Shown: piece by piece, positions 36,603-45,852 of the stretch
Layout: every line of letters begins with the position of its first letter
How positions within the stretch are numbered: position 1 is the stretch's first letter
Virus record (IMG/VR): IMGVR_UViG_3300006865_000001
Coordinates: 1 to 60,285 of that record
Reading direction: 5' to 3' (one strand)
Length of the DNA: 60,285 nt
Origin: a virus
Taxonomy: Duplodnaviria; Caudoviricetes
Notes under the pieces: generated by a model
What the model was told of the DNA's origin: nothing
What the model saw: the letters and a program-made list of their open reading frames with translations, nothing else
The model's database searches: none
Program-made: the position numbers and the translations under genes

Positions 36603-38354
36603 TTACAGAATACGCAGCCAGCCAGACCCGTCACTTACCAGCATTAGCCTATCGCCGTCTGCTACGGCAAGAGTGGCTGCGCTCTCTATGGTTGACCCCG
36701 TTGCCGCTAAAGTGAACCCGGCGGGCGCTGAGGACCGTATGATAAATATCTTGCCAGAGTTGCCTGTCGCGGTAGGAAGCGTGACGGTGATGCCCGAAGT
36801 ATTCACCAGCAGCACCACGTTACCCGCAGTTATCGTTGTGGTTGTACTAACAACGGTGGGCCGCAGAAAAAAATCAGCGATTTGACCACTACTATTTACT
36901 ATCAGCTTGTCCACGCCGCCAACAGTGACCTTAAATGCAGCGGTAGACGCGTCGGAAATTTGCATCCCGATCACATCGCCGCCTGACTTAAAGCCTACCT
37001 TTGCACCCAGAGACGCGCCTGGAAACTTCGCTGAGTAGAAGCCTATCCTGCTCCCAGTCAATGAACCATCTTGATAAGACAGGGCGTTCATTTCAGATGA
37101 TTTCTCTGTGTACAGCCCGTAGGTGGTAGCCGAGTCGCTATAAAATCCCCGAGTAAACCCGTTGCGTGCCGCATATGCAGCCTTTGCCTTCTCCCCTCCC
37201 AGCCAGACTGTATCAAACCCGTAAGACAGCGCTCCTGACCCTGTTTTTGTCAGCAGCGTTCCTAATTCAAACCCTGTGGCGGAACTTGCGTAAGCCGCTG
37301 TGGGAATCTCCACATTTGCATTGTGCGCCCACACTTTAGTAGCAGGATTAACTTTGATCGTAGCTCCGTCTGCGGGTGTAGTGGTGTCCCGTGTACCATC
37401 GACTTTGTACCAGTTGGACACATTAACTGTACTACCTATGATGCTAGTTATGGTTCCTGTTATAGTTGGACTACCAACTACATCAATTAGCATACCTGTT
37501 TTAAGTTGTGACGCCACTGAAGAGAAGTCAGCACTAGTAACAGACGTGGTCGTAAATGTAGTGTTGGCTGTAGATAACAGTATCGGCTGTGCAAGGTTCT
37601 GCACGAACATTGCTACAGAGTCCCGGTTAGAGTAAACGGACGCATCCGAGGGGTCATCAAACCCGAGTACCTGTGTTTCTGGCTCAGTCGCCCCCCCTCC
37701 CGCCGTTACACTGACGGTGGCGGCGGTGTCTTTAGTGCCGTAGGTCTGCCTCCACGCTTTTTGTCCAGAGTCTTGATGCCCCGTGGCGTATTCATCAGAT
37801 GAGGCAAACCAAGATTTTTGAGTAATTGCGCCTTGTCTAAACACGACAGCCTGACTCGCTCCGAAGCACCCATCTGACCCCTCAAACGCCCCGCCGATAA
37901 CCACACTGGCCGAGCCGTTGAGTTGCCCACCCGGCAGTACCCGTACAGCAGCCGTGAGCGTAGCCGGTACGGTAGTCCACACCTTGCCGATCACCAGCAG
38001 CTTACCTGCAGCCGCCGCAGCCGTATCAGCCGCCGCGAGTGTGGTGTACGCACGGTCATCCACCCATGGGCCAAGCACCCCTGTCATCAGCAAGTCAGCA
38101 GTCTGGATGCCTGTCGTAAATGTTTTGTTTCCGCCAACAGTCTGATCCCCTGTCAGGTTGACCGTACTGCCTCGCACGTACCCGTCGATCTGCCCCAGGG
38201 TCATCTTGTAAGCAGTCGCGCTGCCCGATCGACCGGCTGCCATGGCGTCGGTGCTGACCAGGGGTAACGGGACAGATGGTTGCTGAGTCAGGGTGACCGC
38301 GTGGGCTGCGGTGGACAGGGTGAGTAGTAGGATGGTTGTGATCATGCGGATCAT
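36603..38354 (-). CDS. tail fiber/spike-like protein
   Basis: LTGDQTVGGNKTF repeat, ITVTLPTA...GK.F C-terminal module; N-terminal signal-like segment. Confidence 0.7.
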   Translation of the reverse strand: MIRMITTILLLTLSTAAHAVTLTQQPSVPLPLVSTDAMAAGRSGSATAYKMTLGQIDGYVRGSTVNLTGDQTVGGNKTFTTGIQTADLLMTGVLGPWVDDRAYTTLAAADTAAAAAGKLLVIGKVWTTVPATLTAAVRVLPGGQLNGSASVVIGGAFEGSDGCFGASQAVVFRQGAITQKSWFASSDEYATGHQDSGQKAWRQTYGTKDTAATVSVTAGGGATEPETQVLGFDDPSDASVYSNRDSVAMFVQNLAQPILLSTANTTFTTTSVTSADFSSVASQLKTGMLIDVVGSPTITGTITSIIGSTVNVSNWYKVDGTRDTTTPADGATIKVNPATKVWAHNANVEIPTAAYASSATGFELGTLLTKTGSGALSYGFDTVWLGGEKAKAAYAARNGFTRGFYSDSATTYGLYTEKSSEMNALSYQDGSLTGSRIGFYSAKFPGASLGAKVGFKSGGDVIGMQISDASTAAFKVTVGGVDKLIVNSSGQIADFFLRPTVVSTTTTITAGNVVLLVNTSGITVTLPTATGNSGKIFIIRSSAPAGFTLAATGSTIESAATLAVADGDRLMLVSDGSGWLRIL

Positions 38355-38408
38355 ATGGTGTCTCCTGTGATTAATATGGGGGTTATGAGAAACCTCCCCA
38401 GCGCCTGT

Positions 38409-40232
38409 CTACAATCCGAGGCCCATGCCGAAGCCTAGACCGTTGCCGCCGTTCTGCCGCCGCGCAATATACTCATACGCCCCGATATCAGGAAGTCCCT
38501 TGATCGGCTTACCATCGAAGTCGGTGGTGAGGCCAACGTCTACTCCGGCGTTGATGCATGGGGAGCCACCTCGGGTATGGTAATCGGTAGAGGACTTAAA
38601 AAGTGGGTCACCATACTTTGACGTGCTCTCGTATAGGGCATGGTACTGTGCCCATGTCATCCCTCCGCCACTTGTTGTGGCAAAATTATCCTCTACTACG
38701 CCGTTTCCAATATGCATATATACGTTGTTGCTGAATGCATCGGCCACCACAGTGTCGCTTGTTTGGATTTCAACAGGGTAGTTGCCCACTAAAATATTAT
38801 TTTTTACATTCCATCCCGCAGTCCCTGTAGTTGAGCTGATATTTACGCCGCCTCGGATTCCTAACCCGGCGTAAGCTCCACCGTTAAAGTAGCATACGTT
38901 GTTATAGATAGACCCCGCCGAGTCATTAACCATAGCGAATGCCGTATTGAGGTTATGGTGTACTAGGTTATTATGAAATAATAAGCCTGTGCATCCCAAA
39001 TGTGCTGTATACCCATCACCAGAACTTCCTACCCCTATTTTACCGTTATATGCTGATTCGCTATACCGGACTGTTATATTGGTGGCTGCATCCGCTGCCG
39101 ACTGTGTACCGAAACCCACGCCGTCTTCTGAGTTGTAGTTAGTGACCAAATGCTCAATCATAAGGTCGGTAGCCCCGCTAATATGGAGTCCGTTAGCCTG
39201 GGCCACTAACCCGTTATAGTTGCTAGTTCCGGGTCCTATGTCTGCGTGCGATAGTCCTACAGTTTTTATACCAAAACTGCCGTTGTTATTAGTGTCCAGA
39301 TTTGAAAGATAATTTCGAGGGGATGTATTGTATGTAGCTACACCTTCAATGGTTATCCCGTAGTTTGAGTTATAATTTGAGCTGATGTTGTTTAAGAATA
39401 AACCTAGTCCAGTTGGGGAGGCCGCATGGACTATTTTAACCCCCCCATAGTATGCCGAATGACTGACATCCCAGTTATTGCCAGTTGCCGTATATCCGGT
39501 TAGCAGGTTCAAAACGATCCCAATTTGCAGCCCTGCGCCTCCTGGTCTCCCTATCACGATAAGGTTATCCGCCGTAAGTGATGCTGCCTTGAGAGATATG
39601 CCACTAGATATCCCGCTCGCTGAGTAGTCTACGGTAAGACCGTCAATAGCCACGTTAGTTGCGATTTCTATCTTTGCGGCGAACTCACTTGATTCTGCTG
39701 ATATGGCACTTACATTCTGAATTATGGCTGTACCGATGGAACTTAGCATCAGGCCATTCCGCCCGCCCGTGAGCGCACAATTCTTTATGGTGATACCAGT
39801 CGTAGACGCGCCAACACCATACCACCCGTACTTACCGAACCCTGGCGCACTTGTGTTTGTAGCGTTGATTCCATCCCATGTAATATTCCCTTTATTTGCC
39901 ACGTAAACGGGGTACGTCGTGCTATTCGTTAGTAAAGGAGTCTCGCCTATCACATTTTTGTATGTAATCGGGTTCCCTGCTGTACCGGATGAAGGCACGG
40001 ACAGTGCGACCTCAGTATAATCCCCGCCCGCTGCAGAAATATAAATAGTATCTCCTGCGGCATACGCCTGGCTATTGTGGGTAGCGATGGACATTGATGT
40101 ACTTGCAGAATTTGCCGATGTCGCTGCTGCTTTATTCACCGCCGTTCCATCCGTTCTTACATAATAAACCGCCGCCCATGATTGGCTCGTTACGGTTAAA
40201 AGCATGAATACTGCAAGTATAAAACGACTCAT
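38409..40232 (-). CDS. exported pectin-lyase-like beta-helix protein
   Basis: Signal peptide, YYV.TDG, GDTIY, N-rich beta-helix, SPCINAG...D.DG...PDIGAYEY end; visibly AT-richer DNA. Confidence 0.8.
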   Translation of the reverse strand: MSRFILAVFMLLTVTSQSWAAVYYVRTDGTAVNKAAATSANSASTSMSIATHNSQAYAAGDTIYISAAGGDYTEVALSVPSSGTAGNPITYKNVIGETPLLTNSTTYPVYVANKGNITWDGINATNTSAPGFGKYGWYGVGASTTGITIKNCALTGGRNGLMLSSIGTAIIQNVSAISAESSEFAAKIEIATNVAIDGLTVDYSASGISSGISLKAASLTADNLIVIGRPGGAGLQIGIVLNLLTGYTATGNNWDVSHSAYYGGVKIVHAASPTGLGLFLNNISSNYNSNYGITIEGVATYNTSPRNYLSNLDTNNNGSFGIKTVGLSHADIGPGTSNYNGLVAQANGLHISGATDLMIEHLVTNYNSEDGVGFGTQSAADAATNITVRYSESAYNGKIGVGSSGDGYTAHLGCTGLLFHNNLVHHNLNTAFAMVNDSAGSIYNNVCYFNGGAYAGLGIRGGVNISSTTGTAGWNVKNNILVGNYPVEIQTSDTVVADAFSNNVYMHIGNGVVEDNFATTSGGGMTWAQYHALYESTSKYGDPLFKSSTDYHTRGGSPCINAGVDVGLTTDFDGKPIKGLPDIGAYEYIARRQNGGNGLGFGMGLGL

Positions 40233-40258
40233 TACTACCCCCCTCCCCGCTGCCGCTC

Positions 40259-40630
40259 TTATTGCTGTTGCCATTCATGACCCCCCGACCCCGATGATAT
40301 GTTGACGAACGGCGTGGCGACGTTCTTGACCCGGGCGCCCAACCACGTCCCACCAAGTACGGTCACCTGCGGGTATGTGCCCTTGGTAGTGGTGGGCATG
40401 AGTCGTATCTTGCAATCGGACGGGCAGTACACATCGTATGCCAAAAACTCGGTCAGGTTGTAGGTCGCTGACCGGGCCACGCTGACCACCGTGGTGTACA
40501 GGCCGTTGGGTGACCACCCCTGCACGTAAGTCCCACGGTAGAGCAGCGACCCATCGCCTTGGTTCTCTGCAACAGCAGCGGTAACGGTCAGAGTGAGCAG
40601 TATTGCCAGAGTGAGCAGTATGCGGGTCAT
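40259..40630 (-). CDS. exported hypothetical protein
   Basis: MTRILLTLAILLTLTVTAAVA signal peptide. Confidence 0.6.
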   Translation of the reverse strand: MTRILLTLAILLTLTVTAAVAENQGDGSLLYRGTYVQGWSPNGLYTTVVSVARSATYNLTEFLAYDVYCPSDCKIRLMPTTTKGTYPQVTVLGGTWLGARVKNVATPFVNISSGSGGHEWQQQ

Positions 40631-41325
40631 TAATATTCTCCTGTCAGAATGTTATATTGCCCCTGTATCACGCCAGGCACATCAGTCCGGATGATCATGG
40701 GTCGGGCGTTCATGTTCTCGATGACCTTCATGGTCCTCTCAGCCATCATACGTATGTCGGGTGGCGGGGGGCCGGTACGTCCGAGTGGTCTCCAGCAAGC
40801 CATCGCACCATTGTAGGTCAACATAGCGAGGTAGGCGTCAGGAAATGTCACTGTGTCGGTCAGACCGCTGAACTGTGTCAGGTATTTCAAACTGTCGATG
40901 GTCAGTGTATCAGCAGCATCTGGTGCGGGATTCAGGTGAATGGTACCGAGCGGCGTGGCAGTCTGAGTGGCGCCGGCATCATAGTATAGTTCCCGCGGTC
41001 GTCCGCTGACCGTATCCCATCTGTTGTACTCACCCTGCGTCGTGACCTCGACCGGATCGTCACCGATGTAGGCTGCGGTGATATTGATCGGTTTGGAGGT
41101 GTTGAAATTGGCGCCTACACCGATAGTGTACGATGACTGACCGGCCACCAGCGTGAACGACTCGGTAGTGGGAGTGAGCTGGACCAGATGCCGAGCCGAC
41201 AGGCTGCCAAGTAGCATGTTGACATGCCGCTTGACCTTCTGCATATCACTGGCCTCGGGCTGCTCGTCCAGGGTCACGACGCCTACGACCTCAAGGATCG
41301 CGATGAATAGTTCTCGTACCTGCAT
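40630..41325 (-). CDS. head-tail adaptor, P22 gp4-like
   Basis: L..VGV...EQPEA.D...NML; SYTIG; P.PD; FPDAY..ML.YN.A. Confidence 0.75.
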   Translation of the reverse strand: MQVRELFIAILEVVGVVTLDEQPEASDMQKVKRHVNMLLGSLSARHLVQLTPTTESFTLVAGQSSYTIGVGANFNTSKPINITAAYIGDDPVEVTTQGEYNRWDTVSGRPRELYYDAGATQTATPLGTIHLNPAPDAADTLTIDSLKYLTQFSGLTDTVTFPDAYLAMLTYNGAMACWRPLGRTGPPPPDIRMMAERTMKVIENMNARPMIIRTDVPGVIQGQYNILTGEY

Positions 41326-41339
41326 GGTCACACCTCGCT

Positions 41340-41528
41340 CTACGGCTCGCACCGGATGCCAACAAGTCTGTTGTTCACGCCGTTAACCATCATTTTCGGC
41401 TTCAATCCGGCATCTGTGCATTCTTTACACGCTTTGATCACCTCGGACCGGGGCATTTCCTCTTTGACATCACACCCCGTCAAAATGACCATACATGCGA
41501 TAACCAGTATTAATTTGATCATTGTCAT
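41340..41528 (-). CDS. small lipoprotein
   Basis: ILTGC lipobox. Confidence 0.6.
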   Translation of the reverse strand: MTMIKLILVIACMVILTGCDVKEEMPRSEVIKACKECTDAGLKPKMMVNGVNNRLVGIRCEP

Positions 41529-41977
41529 ACCTTCTTTTTGGCCCGGTTGGGTCGCGGTTTCCAGATACGTTTCGGTTTGGCCGGTGCGGCAGCGGGTGGC
41601 TCGGGCGGTGTGACTACCGGCGCAACGACAAGGGCAAAGTGTGAGTTGTGAATGAACCACTCGCCTTCACCATTGAAATTTGCCATCCAACCGTTCTCGG
41701 ATGGAGCGGCCAGCACAGCCTGCTGGCCGGCACGCCACAACGGGTGATTTTCTTCCGTTACGACAATCCAATCACCCGTGTTGTACGCCGGGGGCGCCTC
41801 GGCGGCCTGCTGCTCGGCGGCGGCCTGCGCCAGTATCTCAGCCAGATTGGGTCGGAACTCGCGTATCTGATTGACCTCGGGTGCCGGCTCCACCTCGCTG
41901 AATACCGATATGGTACGGAACACCCCGTTTGACTCGTTGAAAATCCTCTTGCCTACGTTTACCCTCATACCCGTCAC
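41525..41977 (-). CDS. hypothetical protein
   Basis: Coupled ORF with a basic C-terminus. Confidence 0.55.
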   Translation of the reverse strand: MTGMRVNVGKRIFNESNGVFRTISVFSEVEPAPEVNQIREFRPNLAEILAQAAAEQQAAEAPPAYNTGDWIVVTEENHPLWRAGQQAVLAAPSENGWMANFNGEGEWFIHNSHFALVVAPVVTPPEPPAAAPAKPKRIWKPRPNRAKKKV

Positions 41978-42639
41978 CCCTCCGTCAGATACGTATGGAA
42001 ATTACCATGCCGTCCAGCGTGTGTAAATGAAATATTGCACACGACACACATCTCCCCGCCTATTTCCCTCCACAGGCGGCAAAATGCGTAGTCTTCACCG
42101 ACCCACCGACCCCCGCTCACCCCTTGAGGGAACAGGTCGTACAGTGTGCCTGTGAGTACGCCGTTCTCATCGTATTCCTCGTACCGCTGACCCGGGTAGC
42201 TCGCTATCATGCGTTCCAGCGCCGAGCGGTGGATGCACAGGAAGCCGGTCGGTACCGCTGCGGCAGCCACACAGCCATCAGCACGCTGCACGGGGCAGTC
42301 ATCGGGCGTGGTGTGGATGACAACCGGGAAGCGTAGCGGTTCGGTCTTCATCGGGTAGATGCCGGCCACCACTTCACCTGGGGTCTCGATCACCTTGAGC
42401 GCGGCGGTCGCCGGCCAGGATATGTCGTCATCCAGAAAGAACAGCACATCGGCATCGGAGTCGAGGAAATGCTTGACAATCTGGTTACGGGCGGTCTGCA
42501 CGTAACAGCAACCCGTAAGCATGTAAAATTCAGCCTGGTGACCGCGTTCAGCGCACAGTGCTATCGTTGCCTCAAGCGAGTCGAGGAACGGCGCGTAGGT
42601 GATGCCTCGGTATGATGGGGTGGCGAAGAGTATTTTCAC
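41974..42639 (-). CDS. GT-A fold glycosyltransferase
   Basis: ATPSY, ARNQIV..FL, FFLDDDISW, TGFLCIHR, GEDYAFC. Confidence 0.88.
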   Translation of the reverse strand: MKILFATPSYRGITYAPFLDSLEATIALCAERGHQAEFYMLTGCCYVQTARNQIVKHFLDSDADVLFFLDDDISWPATAALKVIETPGEVVAGIYPMKTEPLRFPVVIHTTPDDCPVQRADGCVAAAAVPTGFLCIHRSALERMIASYPGQRYEEYDENGVLTGTLYDLFPQGVSGGRWVGEDYAFCRLWREIGGEMCVVCNISFTHAGRHGNFHTYLTEG

Positions 42640-42656
42640 AGGGTGTCCGTATGAGT

Positions 42657-42689
42657 GAGAGCCGGTGGTAGATAGTCACACCGGCTCTC
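42657..42689. terminator. hairpin after the capsid gene cluster
   Basis: GAGAGCCGGTG-11nt-CACCGGCTCTC. Confidence 0.65.
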
Positions 42690-42695
42690 TGGTTA

Positions 42696-42821
42696 TCAGC
42701 AGTTTTTCATCGGCTTGCCCACGGTTATGACCATGCCGCCCATCTTCTTACCGCTTGTGACGGGTGGCTTCTTGACCTTGGGTTTGCGGTTCTGGATCGT
42801 TGGCAGTTTAGGCGCCGGCAT
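42696..42821 (-). CDS. 41-aa Lys/Pro-rich peptide (not in ORF track)
   Basis: TAATG coupling; MPAPKLPTIQNRKPKVKKPPVTSGKKMGGMVITVGKPMKNC. Confidence 0.5.
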   Translation of the reverse strand: MPAPKLPTIQNRKPKVKKPPVTSGKKMGGMVITVGKPMKNC

Positions 42822-43045
42822 TATGCTTCGCCCTTGATTATCCCTACCGCGACCAGTGCGGCCCTGATCTCATTGACCAGCGTGACGATGGCGTCGGCCT
42901 GGGTCGCTGCGCCGAAGCCGTAGGGCGTGGTGGAGGTGGCTGCGGTCGTGGTGACGGCTGCCTGATCTGCACCGGCACGCATACCGATGGGCTTGGTGCC
43001 CGACAGCGGGCCGTAGATGGTAGTGGAGTGGGAATCGAGAGACAT
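42821..43045 (-). CDS. small capsid decoration/head fiber protein
   Basis: AIVTLVNEIRAALVAVGIIKG motif; AAGGAG RBS; follows the coat gene. Confidence 0.7.
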   Translation of the reverse strand: MSLDSHSTTIYGPLSGTKPIGMRAGADQAAVTTTAATSTTPYGFGAATQADAIVTLVNEIRAALVAVGIIKGEA

Positions 43046-43111
43046 GATGTGTTCTCCTTATTGTGATGTAGGGGCTGTGGTGAGCAGCCCCGTTGCTGGT
43101 TGAGGGTGGTG

Positions 43112-44446
43112 CTACCCGCCGAGTCGCACCGCCCATTCGGGTCTATGTGTGGAAAATCCGCCCAAAATATCCAGTCTCGTAATTTCCTGTGTCGAGATGA
43201 TGTCATAACCCGTGACAATCCTCATCGAGATACCATCCTCGACAACGCGGGTGGCGCGGCAGTTCGGCATGTTAACGGGGAGGTCGGCGGTACCGAGGGT
43301 GAATGCCGACTCGTGGAAAGCCAGGTTCTGCGGGCTGACCGTGGAAGCCGCGCCGGTCGTGAAGACCACGGCGGCGGTAGCACTGGTTGCGGTCAGCACG
43401 ACGGTGCCGTATGCGGTGGTCGGACCAGCTACCTTGGGCGGGTTGGCAACGACCACGTTGTTGGCGCCGGTCGCCAAGGTCAGTGCTTCGGCCACGACGA
43501 ACTGGTACAGGATGCCGGTGTTCTGCTGGTTGTCAGGGTTGACCGCGTAGACGTTCGCCACGGTGAAAGAGTCACCCGGGACCAGGGTCTTGTTGTTATC
43601 ACCGCCTGCCGCAGTGAAGACCATGGTTGCCGAAGGGGTCGTGCCGGCAGTCCATGCGGACGTGGTAGTGGTCTCGTTACCGCTGATGGCGCGGCTACCC
43701 GAGGTGAAGACGTGGACGTTCTGGTCCATGGCAAACTTGAACCGGAGAGCATCACCCATCATGCCCTTGCGATACTGCTCCGCGATGATCCCCTGCGGAT
43801 TGAACAGGCCGGTCAGCGAACCGACGCTGGATGCCTGTGCAGCCGAGTTGAGCAGCATGTGACGGTTGCCGTCGTCGGGTGCGCAGGCGTTGTCGAGCAG
43901 CATACCGGCGTTCAGGAACGCGGTCGGCGCGTTGTACTGGAGCAGACCGGATGCCGAACCACCAGCCGTACCGATGGTGGTACCGGGGGTGCCGATGACG
44001 GTGTTGACGGGGCCGGCGCCCGGGCAGGCGTAGGAGCCGAGGCTGTTGGCGGTCGGGTAGAGACCGGTGCAGGCAGCCACATGGCACTCCCAGTCCATCT
44101 GGCTGACCATCTTGCTGATCGCCGGCACGATGTAATCCTTGCGGAAATCGTTGATGTGCAGTGTGCGCTCGGCATCGCTGAACGACATCGGGATGGTCCA
44201 GAAGCGGTTGAGGGTCAACGGCACCGTCTCGTCACTCTGCCCCTGTGGGATGATCGACGGCCCCTGCTGGACCATCCAGCGTTTCGGTTTCTTGACGTTG
44301 ATCGTGTCACCGATCTTGGCGCCGGTCCTGGCGAACTGGTCGGAATGCTGCTTGCGAACGCCTCTCAGGAAGCCGATGGAGTTCTGAAACTCCATGAGAG
44401 CTTCTTTGGCTATTACCGAGTCCGTTAAAATTACGTTGGAAGCCAT
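43112..44446 (-). CDS. major capsid protein, P22 gp5-like
   Basis: KIGDTINVKKP, MDQNV, GDSFTVANV, QNLAFH..AF.L.TADL, RLDILGG...RPEWA. Confidence 0.93.
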   Translation of the reverse strand: MASNVILTDSVIAKEALMEFQNSIGFLRGVRKQHSDQFARTGAKIGDTINVKKPKRWMVQQGPSIIPQGQSDETVPLTLNRFWTIPMSFSDAERTLHINDFRKDYIVPAISKMVSQMDWECHVAACTGLYPTANSLGSYACPGAGPVNTVIGTPGTTIGTAGGSASGLLQYNAPTAFLNAGMLLDNACAPDDGNRHMLLNSAAQASSVGSLTGLFNPQGIIAEQYRKGMMGDALRFKFAMDQNVHVFTSGSRAISGNETTTTSAWTAGTTPSATMVFTAAGGDNNKTLVPGDSFTVANVYAVNPDNQQNTGILYQFVVAEALTLATGANNVVVANPPKVAGPTTAYGTVVLTATSATAAVVFTTGAASTVSPQNLAFHESAFTLGTADLPVNMPNCRATRVVEDGISMRIVTGYDIISTQEITRLDILGGFSTHRPEWAVRLGG

Positions 44447-44463
44447 TAATAATCTCCTTTATT

Positions 44464-45339
44464 TTACCTGCGTAGAGGTTTCATCTGTGTTTGCCGCCAT
44501 GCCCTGTACTCGGCCATACTAGCCGTTTCAGGGTCAAACGGTTGAGGGCTTACGCCCAACGGCACCGTGGCAATCGGCTCGGGTGCCAGTGATACTGCGC
44601 GGGGCGGTGCCGGTGCCGGTTTGCTGGCGAGGGTGGCGGCAATCTGCCCGAGTGCCATTGCGGCCTGTGTCGGTGGCAAGGCGTTGATGCGGTTTGCTTC
44701 GGTTAAGTTGGTGCCGAGGTAGTAGGCAATGTCTGCCCCTTGCTCATGGGTCTTGATGGCCTCGGCAACGGTGGCTGACTGACCGAATGCCGGATTACTG
44801 ATTACTTCTTGGAAGTCGGGGTAGCGTGTGACGGCTGTGACCCGTTGCTTTTCCCACTTGGCATCCGTCTCCTGCTGGTTGCGCTGCTGCGTGCGCTGCT
44901 GGTCGATGGTCTGCAGGTTCTGCATGACGTTGTGTTCGGCCAGCTTGACAATGTACTGACGGTCGGCTGCCTGGAAATCATCCCAAGACTCATAATCGTC
45001 GGACTTGGGTGCAGCCGGTGGACCCGCTGGTGCGGCTGGCTCGGGTGCCGGGGCCGGTGTGGCTGCGGCAAGCTGTCCACGGAGAAATGCTGCTTCCTCG
45101 CGTGCCTGTCGTGCCTGCTCCTGTGCTTCCTGTCGTTTGCGCCGTTCTGCTGCCGCCGCTGCCTTGAGACCCGTTGCGCTATCAGGCTCTGGTGCGGTGG
45201 GTGGCTCGACAGGTGCCGGGGGTTCGGTGGGCGCTGGTTCCGGTGCGGGTGGCTCGGTGGTGGCCGATGGTGCGGTCGGCTCGACAGGTGCTGCTACAGG
45301 CTCCGTTGTGGTGGTCACACTCCCGTCAGTAACTTCCAT
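44464..45339 (-). CDS. scaffolding protein
   Basis: Pro-rich N-terminus, ERRKRQ coil, YPDF, IAYYLG, SMAEYRAWR C-terminus; precedes the coat gene. Confidence 0.85.
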   Translation of the reverse strand: MEVTDGSVTTTTEPVAAPVEPTAPSATTEPPAPEPAPTEPPAPVEPPTAPEPDSATGLKAAAAAERRKRQEAQEQARQAREEAAFLRGQLAAATPAPAPEPAAPAGPPAAPKSDDYESWDDFQAADRQYIVKLAEHNVMQNLQTIDQQRTQQRNQQETDAKWEKQRVTAVTRYPDFQEVISNPAFGQSATVAEAIKTHEQGADIAYYLGTNLTEANRINALPPTQAAMALGQIAATLASKPAPAPPRAVSLAPEPIATVPLGVSPQPFDPETASMAEYRAWRQTQMKPLRR

Positions 45340-45422
45340 TTTCCTCTCCTTGCTTGCCCGTGAGCCGGCACCGCTTTTGGTCTATTGCCCGTTGGCCGGC
45401 ATCGCCTGCTGCTATGCTGCTG

Positions 45423-45644
45423 TTAGAATCCGTCTCCGATTGCCAATCGTCTCCATTGGGAAGACGATGCACACATGAATACATAGGCGTCGTTGCGTTT
45501 CATCTCACCGACTATGCAACCAGCCGGTTTGGTAGAACTGGACACGTTTCTGAATGGAATGATCATCTGGTTGGGTTTATCCCCCGTTGCACCGAACGCG
45601 ATTCCCGACAGAATGAATATCATCAAAACGATGAGGTATCTCAA
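45423..45644 (-). CDS. small exported protein
   Basis: GGAGG then TTG; signal peptide ...GIAFG. Confidence 0.5.
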   Translation of the reverse strand: MRYLIVLMIFILSGIAFGATGDKPNQMIIPFRNVSSSTKPAGCIVGEMKRNDAYVFMCASSSQWRRLAIGDGF

Positions 45645-45645
45645 T

Positions 45646-45852
45646 TTACACCTCCACTGGTTGAAGTACGCCGTCGATGATAGCGAGCCGGTACACTTCA
45701 CCGTTACTATCATCTGCTATGGTCAGTATGCCGTTGTCGTCTATTGCGGCGGTACCTGGGGTGGATGCGGTACCCCGATTGATGACGTATATCTCACCGC
45801 TCTCTCTTTCTCCGATTGTGACATCATCGACTACGTATCGGGTGGTCATCAT
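45646..45852 (-). CDS. hypothetical protein
   Basis: Coupled to the portal gene. Confidence 0.55.
   Translation of the reverse strand: MMTTRYVVDDVTIGERESGEIYVINRGTASTPGTAAIDDNGILTIADDSNGEVYRLAIIDGVLQPVEV

Noticed and set aside
21667-40232. Invertible tail-fiber cassette or diversity-generating retroelement
   Set aside because: All fiber genes share one orientation, and I saw no flanking inverted sites, reverse transcriptase or template/variable repeat pair.
43100-44428. 442-aa plus-strand ORF antisense to the coat gene (and similar long antisense ORFs such as 13700-14692, 16461-17234 and 47355-48068)
   Set aside because: Shadow ORFs expected from GC-rich codon bias opposite real genes; no recognisable motifs.
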